Origin: Octopus bimaculoides
Lineage: Eukaryota
Length of the DNA stretch: 64,000 nucleotides
Assembly (NCBI RefSeq): GCF_001194135.2
Contig: NC_069001.1
Coordinates: forward strand, 25,085,542-25,149,541
Direction of reading: 5' to 3'
The position numbers and the translations under genes are program-made. Numbering within the stretch: the first letter of the stretch is position 1; each line of letters begins with the position of its first letter. Under the pieces are notes generated by a model. It made no database searches and was not told the origin of the DNA. It was given only the letters and a program-made list of their open reading frames with translations. This document shows, piece after piece, positions 49,301 through 62,850 of this stretch.

Positions 49301-52300
49301 TCGATATGTCATCCAAGACACTTCACATGAGGATTCTTTCTAAATTCCACCAAAGAACTCAAGAAGAAAGAATCATCATCATGTGTTACTCCATTCTCAA
49401 AGATACACTGAGAAAAAATACATTTACCCCGGTTGAACTTTGTGAAGTAATGCAAAGGAAATACGGAACACGGAATCGTGTAGTCAGTTGAAGTTATGAG
49501 ATTGTTATATAAGATTACACGCAGAAATAAATAAACAAAAGAGCAAGTTAATTAATTTCGTAGTTTTTGATATTGCTTTGAAAGAAGAGAGCTTTTAGCG
49601 TAGCTTCATTTGTGTGATATGATGTAAAAAGTGTAAAAACTGAAGAAAAATACAAAAATATGGTGGTTAAGTCCGGATGAATGTCACTAGAATAAGCAGC
49701 AGAACTGTATAGAGACAACTATAAATAAGAAACAAAATGGTAAATTTTATGACGGTTTTTCAAATTTTGAATATGCTGATAGCTTTCAGTCTTGTCGTTT
49801 GGAAGGACATCATCTGAAATAAGCACAGGTATTCAACTTTCGGTCAATTTACTTTATTCTTAGCTTAAGTATAACATTAGGCATGGGTTTCGGTTCACAT
49901 TATGTCCACATTGTATAGCATGATTCTCAAAAGTTTGCACGATTAAATAACTTGCATATCAGACGTGCAAATGCGTCTATTTTAGATATTTTGGTCTGTT
50001 TCTGAAGCTTTATCCTATCCTACATTCAAGCGTTCAACTATTTTCGATTCACTGCTACAGAAAGCCTCATTATGCTGTTTCCAGCCTAATTATGCTGCAT
50101 GTAATTATACAGGCCATCACTGACAACTTGTTGCTAAGAGTGGTCCTCGTTCAAGAGAAATTGTATCATCATCGATTTCCATGCGGATATTTTGAACTCA
50201 GGGCACAAAGAAACTATAATATCGCTCGAGACACAAACAGATTCTTTATTCATTTCCCTGAGCTAGTACACAATTTATGAATTCAAAATGATCAAAAACC
50301 TTTGTGGATCTGAAATCAGAGGGTAGAACGCCGGAACAAATAGTTCTCTTAACCTAAATATCTATCAATGCGTTGCCTTTATATTTCATATATCTACACC
50401 TTTATCTAGTACATTGGAAGCAACGAAACACCCTGTCCATTGTTGCTCAAATTGATAGGAATGCCAGTGATATGGTTTTCAGATCTCAATACAAACTAAT
50501 TCGCTGCCTATAGTAAAATCAGGGAAGAAAAAAGACTCAATGAAAAATATGACGGAACGATCATTCCTCAGATGACTTAGACCGTGTGGCTACTCCTTCA
50601 AAACCGATCTTGTTCTAAAAAAACTGCAACTTGTATACTACATTTAAGGCGGTTATCGTATACTATAGAGACATTTATATCGCATTGGATTAGAATTATG
50701 AATCTGAGCGGAGGAAGTCTCACTTGCAGGGTTTTTCACTACGTTTAGTGCTTGCGTAGAAAGCGTAGGGAGTGTTGTTCATTTTGGGACTGAGGTATAA
50801 ATATGGTATTGAGAGTATTTGAACATTTCGCCTTGTTTAGAAAGAATGGATTTCTATATTCTCATGTTGAATTTTCTTTCTTTTTGTTTTCCAATTATTC
50901 ATGGTATTTACTTTGTAAGCAAAAAACAAAAATCCTTTAAAAGTAAATATACATAGAAAATATTTATAGCATTGATTTAACGTCAACAACTGGTGAGAAA
51001 AGTAAAGGCAACTTTATCAACGAAATTAACTGATTGTGTTGGACAAATAATTTTGTTTAGCTTTTGTCTCTTTTTATATTTTTTCATACTTGAAACTATA
51101 AAACAACATATGGGTTATAAAACAAGTGATTCTCTTCTTTGGCTTACTTTTCTCATTAGCTTTTTTTCGTTTCTTTAATACAACCGTATTATGAGTTGTA
51201 TTATAATTTATCAAATTTTGATTAGTGCAGTCAATTAATTTGGGACAATTCTGAGAGAAATGTCAAATTCTGCTATGAAATTATCTCATGAATATTCTGG
51301 CCATGAATAAATATAGATAGATGTATTATTTGGCAAACTAATCAGTAATGAAAAGAAATAAACACGATTAATTTCTTTACGAAGCTACTTAACGCTGTTC
51401 AAGGTTTATCCATTATAACAAAAAGACATTTTCTATTATTATCATTATTGCATTAGCTTTTCAGAGTTGTAATTCTTTGGCAAATGACTTCATCTAAGAC
51501 CTTGTATTGAAACTGAAACAATTACATCGACGAAGAGTGACTTTTGTCATTCAAGAACACGCAAAAACCGTTATATTCACAATAGTATTGTTTGCTATGA
51601 ATTACCAATGTCCAGAAGTGTGATGAAACTTTTTCCCCAATCCGTATTAAACAAACCTACCGTTAAAGTAAAAATAATAAAGTCAAGAAAACAAATGATT
51701 TTGGCTTGTTTTTAGATCTTAAATGGTTAAAATTATTCCTTCGCGATGTTATTGTAATAATCGTTACTGTTATTTTATAAATAATAACTATTAATAAAAA
51801 TGTTTGTATTCTAAGTTTTCTCAAAGGAATTAAAATCTAGGTTATCCACTTGTTTTCAGTAATAATCAACGTGTCGTTTTGTAATATATTATAATAAATG
51901 TTAATTTGAATTCTTTTTGTTTTGTAAACAAAAAAACTCAACCCTTAAAATCGCTGGCGCATTGATAAAATGGAGAAGTAAACTTCCTAGAGTGATAAAG
52001 TAGCAGTCAATTGAAACACTGGGGTAACAAATTAATTGATTATACTTTAAATTAAATATCAGAGATAATGACTATAATGGCTGTCCTCATAATTATGAAT
52101 TTTCTACCATCATCAACATCATACACAAGATCATCAACGAAATCGCTAATAATAATAATAATAATAATGATAATAATAATAATAATAATAATAANNNNNN
52201 NNNNAATAATATTGTTGTATTTGGGGATGGTCATGTTGCCAGTTTAGCCAATAATAATAATAATAATAATAATAATAATTGCACTTTACACGATGCATCC

Positions 52301-52409
52301 CCATTTTATAAGAATTTTGGGTTGCATTTCTTCCTAGGTGTTCACATGAGTTGGAGATGATAAATTGAAACTCTAGTTACAACCCTTTCACATTTAGCCA
52401 TTCAATTAT

Positions 52410-52650
52410 TCAGAACAAATCCTCCCCCTCTCCCTCCTCCTCCTCCTCATCATCATCAACATCAAAATCATCATCCTCATCGTTTTCATCAACGTTATCA
52501 TCATCGTCATCATCGTTATCATCAGCATCATCATCATCGTCGTGGTCGTCATCATTGTCGTCGTGGTCGTCATGGTCGTCATCATTGTCATCGTCATCGT
52601 TGTAGTCATCGTTTCGTCGCCGCCGTCATCATCAGTGCCGTCGTCGCCGC
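52410..52650. repeat. Degenerate (CCT)/(CAT)/(CGT) trinucleotide low-complexity tract; a similar tract lies at 43275-43398
   Basis: Read directly. Confidence 0.9.
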
Positions 52651-53154
52651 CAATGGTATCTGCCACGTTCTTATTTTTGTTATAAAAAAGAAATTTTTAT
52701 TATTAAAAAAAAAAAATTCTTCTTCTTCTTCTTGTTAATATCATCGTCGTTGTTGTTGTTGTTGATCTGCCTTTGTTATCGCTGCTGCACTTGTTGTTTC
52801 ATAATACACAAACATTCCTCATGAAAATTTAGGGGGTAGTCTCCAGAAAATGTTCCCATCCGTTGATGAATGAATGTATTTGCAAGCAAATTGGATATGA
52901 AGATAAAAACAATGTCTTCCTTCCTTTATTTTACTTTTTAATTATTTCTTGTTTAGATATTAATGAAAATGGACCAAATCCATTTGTTTTCCATAACCGG
53001 AATGACTCAACTAATCTCACAATACACTACACTTTACCAGAATTATAGAATAGTAGATGAAAAATAAGAAATTGGTTATTACCATAAACTACATGAAACT
53101 GAACCGAATTTTCTATGTGTACGTGTGTTGGTGTTATTTTTATATCTTATATCA

Positions 53155-53360
53155 TAAGGCGATGAGCTATCATTATCGTTAGCATGCTCGGCAAAATAGA
53201 AGCTTTTGGTCTGCTTTTACGTTTTGAGTTTAACTTCCTTCGAGACTCACTTCGCCTCTGAAAATTACGGCCTCAGTATAAGTACAAGTTTACCACTGGG
53301 GTAAAGGTAATCGACTTACGACATCTCACGAACTTTCTGACTTTGCGCTAAAATTTCAAA
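53155..53360 (+). mobile_element. SINE family C, diverged
   Basis: aaggcgatgagcta...cgttagcatgctcggcaaaat...ttacgttttgagttt...taagtacaag...ctggggtaaaggtaatcgac. Confidence 0.65.
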
Positions 53361-53419
53361 CCATAATTTCTTCATAAAAGAGCTTTGATTATATTGTCTT
53401 TTAATTGTTGTCCAAGTCG

Positions 53420-54430
53420 TTAAATCACGGCCATACTAGAGCACCACCCTCAAGAGTTTTAGTCGAATAAATCAACACTAGTACTATTGTTTTTCTTTTT
53501 TCTTTTCAGCTTAGTACCTATCCTATCGGTCTTCTCTTGACGAATCGATAAATTATTGGTACGTAAACAAACAAACAACACCGGTCGTCAAGCGCTGTAG
53601 TGGACAAACAAAAGCACAAACACCCATACATGTATACAACAGGTTTCTTTCAGATTCCGTCTACCAAATCCACTCACAAGGCTTTGGTCAGCCCTAGGTT
53701 ATAACTATAGTAGAAGACATTTCCCCATGGTGCCACGCAGGTGGACTGAACCTAAACCGATTGTTTTGAAAGCAAGCTTCTTATCACACAGCCTTCTCTC
53801 ACCTCCAGGATTATCTAGTTTTATTTCGAATATATACTCCTTGCAGACACTACTTTCTGGAACAATATATATTGTTTTATTTTTCTTTATTTGTTTCAGT
53901 CATTGAACGGCAGGCCGTGCTGGGCCACCACATCGGACGGTTTAAGCGACTATTTCAATTCCAGTGCTTATTTTTAAATGTTTTACTTATTCTATTGTTC
54001 TCTTTGGAAAAACGGTCAGTTGGCAACGGCTACGTAAGCAAACCAACACTGGTTGCTATGTGGAGATGGGGGACAAACATGAAGACAAAGCCACACACAC
54101 ACACAGACGCGGGCGTAGCTCTGTGAAAAGAAAGTAGTTTCTCAACCACATGGTTCTTGGTTCACTACCACTGCGCGGCTCTTTGAGCAATATTTGTCTT
54201 TAGATTGAAACCGATTAAAACTTTGGGATGGATTTGGTAGACAGAAAGTTAACGAACCCTGTTGTATATATGTTCTGTACCGCAGTTTGCTAGTAGTTGT
54301 TGGATTTATTACATCTCAGTAACTTAGAATTTCAGCGCTAGTGTCCGATATAATAGGTACCATGATTACCAGAAAACAAACAATCCTAAGGACTACAGAT
54401 ACTTTGTTCGACTCTGAAACTATCAAGGTG
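53420..54430. mobile_element. Three adjacent SINE family B pieces: full copy (-) 53420-53795, tail (-) 53890-54105, diverged copy (+) 54108-54430
   Basis: Matches to the head and tail of 30486-30910 in the orientations given. Confidence 0.72.
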
Positions 54431-54554
54431 TTGAGTTCCAGCTTGGCTGGAGCCCACTGACTATGGGAAGCAAAAGACTAAAGAATAAAAACCACGATAA
54501 CAAGGACAGAGCAACAACAACGACGACGAAGACGATTAAATTAAAGCCAGCAAT

Positions 54555-54718
54555 TTCGGTGGAGTGGGCAAGACAAAGACATGGACACCAGTGCTCAACT
54601 GCTACTTATTTCATCAACCCCGAAAGATGTAAGGCAAATTTTACTTAGGTGGAATTTGAACTTAGAGCATAAAGCTAATTATTTTGCCCGTCGTGCTAAC
54701 GATTCTGCCAACTCGCTG
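54555..54718 (-). mobile_element. SINE family C
   Basis: ccccgaaagatgtaaggcaaa...ggaatttgaacttagagcat...gtgctaacgattctgccaactcgc. Confidence 0.78.
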
Positions 54719-55281
54719 CCTTATATTCTTATGTACATATTGATATCTGTTTCCAGCATGACATGAATAAGTAATGCTAAAAATGAAAGGAAACAACTTA
54801 AAATCTCAGCATTTACAAATCGATATAACCTTGGCCAATAAACGAAGGAGGGAAAATGAAGTTATACGTAAAGATACCGAAATATCTTGCTATTTAAACC
54901 ATGTTCTGATTTCTGTACTTAGAATTATCTAATTAGCATCCATATATATATAGATATCTCTAGTATTATACAAATAGATTGGGCGCAAGCTATTTGTAAT
55001 TCCTTTCTTTTTCACTATCGTTCAGCTATATAACGCTGCCTAATTCTATTACATTAGATATAACAGGTGTGGAAATAAATGTTCGCCTCCATTAGTTCTT
55101 TTTTCTACTATCTCTTAAGGTTGTTACAAGTGTAATTATCTATGACAATTAGATTTTGGACAGCATTGCTATCTATTAGAATAGCTCTCGAACTAAAGTC
55201 TTATAGCAGTAGAGGATTATAATAGATGTTAAAAGTAAGTATATAGTTATAGACCAAATTATGTTATTGCCATTATTAGTA

Positions 55282-55337
<56 letters not shown>

Positions 55338-55394
55338 GGCATGGTTATTGATATTATCATTATTTTTGATGATAATAACAAAACCAATGGTAAT

Positions 55395-55453
<59 letters not shown>

Positions 55454-55460
55454 TAATAAA

Positions 55461-56013
55461 TTCCCGGATGCAGTACCAGGCAGTGGCTCTCATGGCTTGT
55501 GATCTTAATTGATCGGAAGTGTTATCATGTACATTGTTTTGTCTTGGTATAAAAGATGGCTAACAGCAAATATTCTGCTCAATGCCACAGATTTGATTGC
55601 CAGTTGTTTGACCTTAACCAGTTTAGCATGTCCCTTGGTGGTTGACGATATGTGTATCTCTGATAACGAGCAGAAGTAGTGGAGGAGCATCATAGCCATG
55701 TGTTGAGAGGAATTCTTTGGGGTTTGAATAATTCATCTTTGGAAACTTGTGTTTTACTCAACATCCTTAAACAAACCTTATTCAGAAACTTTTTGAGCGG
55801 AATGGGCTACTCGGCCTGAAGAAACTTTTAACTGGGCCCCACCTGCGAGGTCATGCGCTGTTTATCTTGATATGAGATCACCATATCACGCACATATGGT
55901 CGTGATGCATGTGTTTGATGTACCCTTATCAGATAGGTAGTAATGATGGGTATAATGGGCTTCGTATATTTTACCTCAGTGTCACTTTGATGGCATGCAC
56001 TGCTCTCTCATTC
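55461..56013 (+). mobile_element. ~550-bp family D element, copy 2 (uninterrupted), flanked by (AAT)n on both sides
   Basis: Reverse-complement match to 19318-20275 lacking the nested TIR element. (AAT)n at 55396-55460 and 56014-56051. Confidence 0.88.
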
Positions 56014-56051
56014 AATAATAATGATGATGATAATAATAATAATAATAATAA

Positions 56052-56353
56052 CTAGCTGGACCCGTGAAAAATTCACGGAATACAGAAAATATAAGCATCT
56101 GTAAGCAGTGTACTGTTGCTATGAGGAATGTTTGTATATTATGACTGTTTGTCTTTATGTTCTGAGTTCAAATTCTGCCGAGATCGACTTTGCCTTTCGT
56201 ACTTTCGTGGTCGATAAATTAAGTACGAGTTTTGTACTGGGGTCCATCTAATCAAAAAATTCAGACCTAGAAAAGTATATAGTGAGAGTTACAGAATATA
56301 AAAACTAATGTAATGCACGCACACACATAAATACATACATACCTACATACATG

Positions 56354-56402
<49 letters not shown>

Positions 56403-57368
56403 TCATATATGACGGGCTTGGTGATAGTGGTGGTGCTGGCTGGTGCTATTTTGTAGTTTGCTGGTATGCCGAGAGAGATCCGATTTTAAAAGTGTAATGT
56501 GGATGAGTAATGATGGAGCGGCTGGTGTGGTGGTGATGCTGGCTGGTGTGGTGGTCTTCCTCACAGTACTTCATGATAAACGATATTTTGTGTATGTCAC
56601 ATCACGTTTTTGGCCTTGCCTTTTACCCCAATTGGGTTTCATAACTGTTACTTTGATATTGTTCCTGCTCTTGAAAATGCCACATATAATTTGCCATGAG
56701 AAAATACCGGTCGAGTCAAATGTATTCCAACTTTTTCAAATGTTGCCCCTGAGCCTTATTAATTGTCATTGAATATACAAGTCGAAGTTGAAACTGAAGT
56801 CTGTTTAGTGTGAATGGAATATTTGCATCACTTGGGCTAAGTTCAATTCTGGGAATTAGAACTGTCCGACCTCTGTTGGAGCCTGTTCCCAATGAAGCCT
56901 GTACACAATGTTCATGAAATATTTTCACTTTCATGCGGGTTACATTACATGATCCTTGACTGATCGAAAGATTTCTTACCACATTACAATAGTCCCTACT
57001 TTTAAGTGGAGGCAATGAGGAGGCATACCAGATGGAGTAGGTGAGTTTATGAATTCAAATGTATAGATCTGAACATTATTGCAGGATACTGAATCTGTGC
57101 TTAAGTATGTTTTTAGTGCGTCTAGTATAATATTAGGAACCTTTTCATTTATTGCAAAACAGTTAGAATTTTTAGAAGATAAAATTACTCGATTTGGCAT
57201 TTTTTTCTGGCGTGCATTTGTAGAAATTTCTGTGTAGAAAAGTTCTGTGTAGTAATTTTTGTAGACATTTTTTGTGTTTTGTGTAGTATTTGTTTCATCC
57301 GCTTGAAAACAGGTTTTGGTCTGTTTACACTCCGTATCTTAGCAATTCTCTTTAAATAAAGTAATAGA
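56052..57368 (-). mobile_element. Non-autonomous internally deleted Helitron with PIF1-type helicase C-terminal pseudogene
   Basis: Minus-strand 3' end is hairpin CCGTGAA-TTT-TTCACGG (56078-56062) + GTCCAG-CTAG|T (56055-56051). Helicase motifs 57200-56561: RVILSSKN, EFINSPTPSGMPPHCLHLKVG, RNLSISQGSCNVTR, VLIPRIEL, RLQFQLRLVYSMTINKAQGQ, PVFSHGKLYVAFSRA, NIVYHEVL*. Candidate 5' end TCTATTACTTTATTTAAAGAG at 57368. Confidence 0.88.
56145..56253 (+). mobile_element. SINE family C fragment inserted in the Helitron 3' region
   Basis: gttctgagttcaaattctgccgagatcgactttgcctttc...gtcgataaattaagtac. Confidence 0.82.
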
Positions 57369-57954
57369 ATATGTATTGAACTTAAAAATAAATTTGAGAT
57401 TCATTTTTTTCCTCTACTAAAACTACTACACCCACCACCAGCAGCTCCTGTGGCACTAAACACCAAGCCAACAAAGCTCGCAAGATCGTGACATACCCAT
57501 TCACTGGTGGCAGTTTCGTGTTCTACCGCGCGCAGGGAGAATTCTGTTTTTTTTTTTTTTACTCAAGATATAGCAAAAAAATATTACAATCTTCTTACTG
57601 TTCTTGCTGTGGTTAAAGTGGCGCTATAACCCACTCTGTATCACTGTACTGAATAGGCTATCGGTTGTTGTTAAACACCGCTGGTAACAATGTGATTTCT
57701 CATTTCGTAGCAATTTTGTATGTCATTTATGCCATCCTAACTACCACAATCGCAACTAGCAGCTCAACCACCATCAACCGATACCATCTCAACAATCACT
57801 TCAATATCTATTACTACAATCATCTCTAGTTCATTACAGCTGACACGATGATAACAACTGCCGTTGAAAGCACCTCCCAAACCTATACAGCATTCTCCGC
57901 CTTAGTTAATAGCATTAGAAAACTGCCATAGCCACCTCACCAATCACCAAGACT

Positions 57955-57970
57955 ATACTACTACTACTAT

Positions 57971-58024
<54 letters not shown>

Positions 58025-58025
58025 A
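57955..58025. repeat. (CTA)n microsatellite
   Basis: Read directly. Confidence 0.95.
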
Positions 58026-59093
58026 ACGGCGACAACGAAGACAAATGCCGCTACTATGGCCACAGTCTCATGAATGGAACGCCTGTCCACCGTGGGGTAA
58101 CCCATTTACAATTGAATGCAGCAGAGCGAGTCAAATTAAGCGTTTTGCGCAAGAACATAGCGTACCGCCTGTGTGGCAGTCGAAAATACAACCGTTACCA
58201 TCAAGGGAGCAACACACTAGCCAATAGGCCACGCGTGTATATATACACATTATAAGTTATGAAAATGTTGCTCTGTAGGTCTATGATAATACATGCGTCA
58301 CAGATAATCTACTTCATTTTATCTATTAAATTAAATTGTCTTCCAATACATATAGGCTTCGGTGTTGTTGTCGGGGATTTTCTGTTCTCTCATTATCATA
58401 GATTCCTCTCATCCTATTTCTGTATACTGTTTTATTTCTCTCTTGTATTTCACAAAATCTCGCTCATAATTTGTCGCCTTGTAATTTTTCCTCTTCTTGA
58501 AGTCGAATGAGACGAAAATACAGTATATATTTTTCTTCTAATTTCACCTTTCCTTCTACCAAAGCTTTTTACCTATTGCATTATTCATATCTAGTTCAGA
58601 GTTCTTCCATGGCATTATACAGGGAATATTTAGCACTGAAGGAGTAGGTCAAAGAGTCACTCAGCTCAGGAATATACACATACTGAGGTCTCTTTTTATT
58701 ATACTTTTATGGGACTGTGTGCAATTGTCTTGCTTTCCTAATACAAAATATTTACATTCCAAGTGTCCTGTTAGGTCATCTCGTATTCTTTAGCGTAATA
58801 CATTGAACTCGCTTCAGTGTATTTTCTTCATGCAAAATAGTAACACACACGCACAAACACACACGCACAAACACACACACAAACTTATTATTCGAAAAGT
58901 AAACACATATGGCGTTATTGGTATTATACCTAGCCATTTCTGGAGTACTAGGATTTGATATGCCTTGATTCATATGAAACCAGAAAAACTAAGGTATATA
59001 TATTATATATATTGCCCAAACACATTGTATACACTGTACCATATATGCATCAACATATACAAATACATATATGTGTGTGTATACTTATGTATG

Positions 59094-59138
<45 letters not shown>

Positions 59139-59796
59139 CTATATAATTCATATATGTATCTTACACACGCACACACACACACACACACATACACACAGAC
59201 GCACACACGTATATATACTTTTGTTTGGTCATATAATAGTTACGAAGTAATGCATTTCCAGGCTACTTCTCTCGTTAACAGGTACCAAAGAGAGACAATT
59301 TATCAGTGTACATTAAGAAAATATCTATCATTTTTATTCAAGATACTTTAATATATTTAATGTGAGTTAAGTTAAGTTACATAACATGGAAAAAAAAGAA
59401 GCGAACCATAACCGATTGCTGACGATCACTTAAAAATTAAGAAGTTTTTGTTTTGATCTGAATTAGTTTGTCTTGGTTAGATTATTTTTATCATATGCTT
59501 AGGCTAATCCACACATTGTGAGTAAAATTACGTTGACGGAGGGCTTTCAGAAGATTGTCAGTTGTATAATATCTGCAATTCAAAACTCCAGTGCTGCGAG
59601 ACACTTGTCTCACGAAGGAAACGATTATGAAGAAATTTAAAGTTACGCTGTTCTTCGAAAGAGTGAACTATTTTCAACATAAAATAAAAAGTTAGCTGAA
59701 CAAGAAATTATTCGTGTTTCAAAACAATGTAGAACCGAACAATTTCAAACATTTAATGATAGTAATGATATTTATCAGTCTTATATAAAAGCCAGT

Positions 59797-60168
59797 GGAG
59801 GCGCAATGGGTAGCCGACTTGCGGTCGTAGGATCTCGGTTTCGATTCACAGACCGGGCGTTGTGAGTGTTTATTGAGCGAAAACACCTAAAACTCCAGGA
59901 GGCTTCGGCAGTGGGTGGTGGCGAACCCTACTGTACTCTTTCACCACAACTTTCTCTCACTCTTTCTTCCTGTTTTCAGCTGTACCTGTATTTCACAGGG
60001 GCCAGCCTTGTCAGAAATTTTGTCACGCTGAATCTCCCCGAGAACAACTTTAAGGGTACCCGTGTCTGTGAAGTGCTCAGTCACTTGAAAGTTAATTTCA
60101 CTAGCAGGCTGTTTCGTTGATTCGATCATTGGAACCCTCGTCGTCGTAACCAACGGAGTGCTACGAAA
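59797..60168 (+). mobile_element. SINE family A, long-tail variant
   Basis: Matches 2778-3160. Degenerate flanking duplication ataaaagccagt / attaaagccatc. Confidence 0.9.
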
Positions 60169-60449
60169 ATTAAAGCCATCAACTTATATTAAGGAACAAG
60201 AAAGCCTTTCACTGTTATCTTCATTCAACTCTCAAATTACTTCCTACATGTTGGAGTAATGCTGCTTTATGTGCTCTCCTGAGGAAAACATCAGGATGCC
60301 CCGGACTGGAACTAATTTCATCCAGAGTAACGCAGGTTAGGCATAGACTGTAAGTAAGACACAACTATATGTGTGTGAGTGTGTATGCGCGTGAGAGTGT
60401 ATATGTGAGTATGTTGGCACGTACGTGTGTATATATATATATACATATA

Positions 60450-60615
60450 CTCTTTTACTTGTTTCAGTCATTTGACTGCGGCCATGCAGGAGCACCGCCT
60501 TTAGTCGAGAAAATCGATCCCAGGACTTATTCTTTGTAAGCCTAGTGCTTATTTTATAAGGCGCTTTTGCCGAACCGCTAAGTTACGGGGACGTAAACAC
60601 AACAGCATCGGTTGC
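60450..60615 (-). mobile_element. SINE family B tail
   Basis: cttttacttgtttcagtcatttgactgcggccatgcaggagcaccgcctttagtcg...gacgtaaacacaacagcatcggtt. Confidence 0.88.
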
Positions 60616-60621
60616 ATATAT

Positions 60622-60768
60622 GACAGCGCATGCCTCAGTGGTTACAGCATCGGTTTCTCAATCATGACGAAGTGAGTTCGATTCCTGGACCGGGCTGTGT
60701 GTTGTGTTTTTGAGTAAGGCAATTTATTTAGCGTTCCTCCAGTTCAGCTGCAGAAATCCGTTGCGACG
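60622..60768 (+). mobile_element. tRNA-derived SINE head (further family), truncated by a gap
   Basis: A box (gcatgcctcagtggttacag), B box (gagttcgattcct), then gtgttgtgtttttgagtaaggcaattt. Confidence 0.65.
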
Positions 60769-62643
60769 NNNNNNNNNNNNNNNNNNNNNNNNNNNNNNNN
60801 NNNNNNNNNNNNNNNNNNNNNNNNNNNNNNNNNNNNNNNNNNNNNNNNNNNNNNNNNNNNNNNNNNNNNNNNNNNNNNNNNNNNNNNNNNNNNNNNNNNN
60901 NNNNNNNNNNNNNNNNNNNNNNNNNNNNNNNNNNNNNNNNNNNNNNNNNNNNNNNNNNNNNNNNNNNNNNNNNNNNNNNNNNNNNNNNNNNNNNNNNNNN
61001 NNNNNNNNNNNNNNNNNNNNNNNNNNNNNNNNNNNNNNNNNNNNNNNNNNNNNNNNNNNNNNNNNNNNNNNNNNNNNNNNNNNNNNNNNNNNNNNNNNNN
61101 NNNNNNNNNNNNNNNNNNNNNNNNNNNNNNNNNNNNNNNNNNNNNNNNNNNNNNNNNNNNNNNNNNNNNNNNNNNNNNNNNNNNNNNNNNNNNNNNNNNN
61201 NNNNNNNNNNNNNNNNNNNNNNNNNNNNNNNNNNNNNNNNNNNNNNNNNNNNNNNNNNNNNNNNNNNNNNNNNNNNNNNNNNNNNNNNNNNNNNNNNNNN
61301 NNNNNNNNNNNNNNNNNNNNNNNNNNNNNNNNNNNNNNNNNNNNNNNNNNNNNNNNNNNNNNNNNNNNNNNNNNNNNNNNNNNNNNNNNNNNNNNNNNNN
61401 NNNNNNNNNNNNNNNNNNNNNNNNNNNNNATAAACATCTAAAACCAGTGTGTATGCATGTATATATGCATACACGTTTTTGTACATACAGAAATACATAT
61501 TCACGCAATGAAAGAAAGAGATAGGTAATAAACAAATGAGCCAGGAAACAGTTTTAAGCACGAAATTGCTTAAAATATGTTAGCAGCATGTGTCGGACTT
61601 CTACACAGCAATGACTTTATAAATAACTGATGTGAATGATAAAGGAATATGGAGATGAAAATACAATTTACCTCGATAAGAATTGGACAAGAAATTGTTT
61701 GAACACTAATATAATATAGAATTCTATATAAGCGGCATGTGCTACAATTTCACAAATATACGAAATTTGTAAATAAAAGACAAAGAAGATAAAGGAAGGG
61801 AGCAGAGAGAATGAATGTTAAAGCGAGAGATATATAGATAAAGATAGATAGAGAGGGGGGTGAGAGAGAGAGAGAGAAACAGAGTGAGTGAAACAAAAAT
61901 ACATCGTGAATATTGAACAAGAAATTGTTTAAAAATTGTCACGATATGACAATTTCAGTGAGCAATGCGTGTCTTTGTTTAATAAATAGCGTAAGTGTAT
62001 GAATAAAGTATGTAGGAGAGAAAACAAGGCGTGGCAAAAATATGGTTTAACTGTATGAATGATCGTAATTTTGAAAGGTCTTTTATTCGTTTATATTTAT
62101 CTATAAATCATTTTGTTAAAGCTGATTGCTATTTATGTTCGACAAACATTTTCTGCTACATTACAGAATTTCTCATACATTATAGTTTATCGTATATATA
62201 TATATATATATATATATATATNNNNNNNNNNNNNNNNNNNNNNNNNNNNNNNNNNNNNNNNNNNNNNNNNNNNNNNNNNNNNNNNNNNNNNNNNNNNNNN
62301 NNNNNNNNNNNNNNNNNNNNNNNNNNNNNNNNNNNNNNNNNNNNNNNNNNNNNNNNNNNNNNNNNNNNNNNNNNNNNNNNNNNNNNNNNNNNNNNNNNNN
62401 NNNNNNNNNNNNNNNNNNNNNNNNNNNNNNNNNNNNNNNNNNNNNNNNNNNNNNNNNNNNNNNNNNNNNNNNNNNNNNNNNNNNNNNNNNNNNNNNNNNN
62501 NNNNNNNNNNNNNNNNNNNNNNNNNNNNNNNNNNNNNNNNNNNNNNNNNNNNNNNNNNNNNNNNNNNNNNNNNNNNNNNNNNNNNNNNNNNNNNNNNNNN
62601 NNNNNNNNNNNNNNNNNNNNNNNNNNNNNNNNNNNNNNNNNNN

Positions 62644-62687
<44 letters not shown>

Positions 62688-62689
62688 CT

Positions 62690-62850
62690 CAGTGTTTGTT
62701 ATCCTGTCTGCTTCATATCCGATGGTAGAATGCTTACCTTACCGGAACCTAGTAGTTCGGCAAACGCCATCAATAGAGTAAATACCACGCTTTAAAAATA
62801 AGTATCAGGGTGGATGAGGTCGACAAAAGAATCAGCATGGCCGAAGTCAA
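62690..62850 (+). mobile_element. SINE family B tail remnant after gap and (TA)n
   Basis: gtagttcggcaaacg...aatagagtaaatacca...cagcatggccgaagtcaaa. Confidence 0.55.

Noticed and set aside
58485-58520. Hammerhead-like cttgaa-GTC-gaatga-GAC-GAAA, and a similar weak motif at ~57520-57540
   Set aside because: The CUGANGA core is not present and there is no associated PLE coding remnant or second copy.
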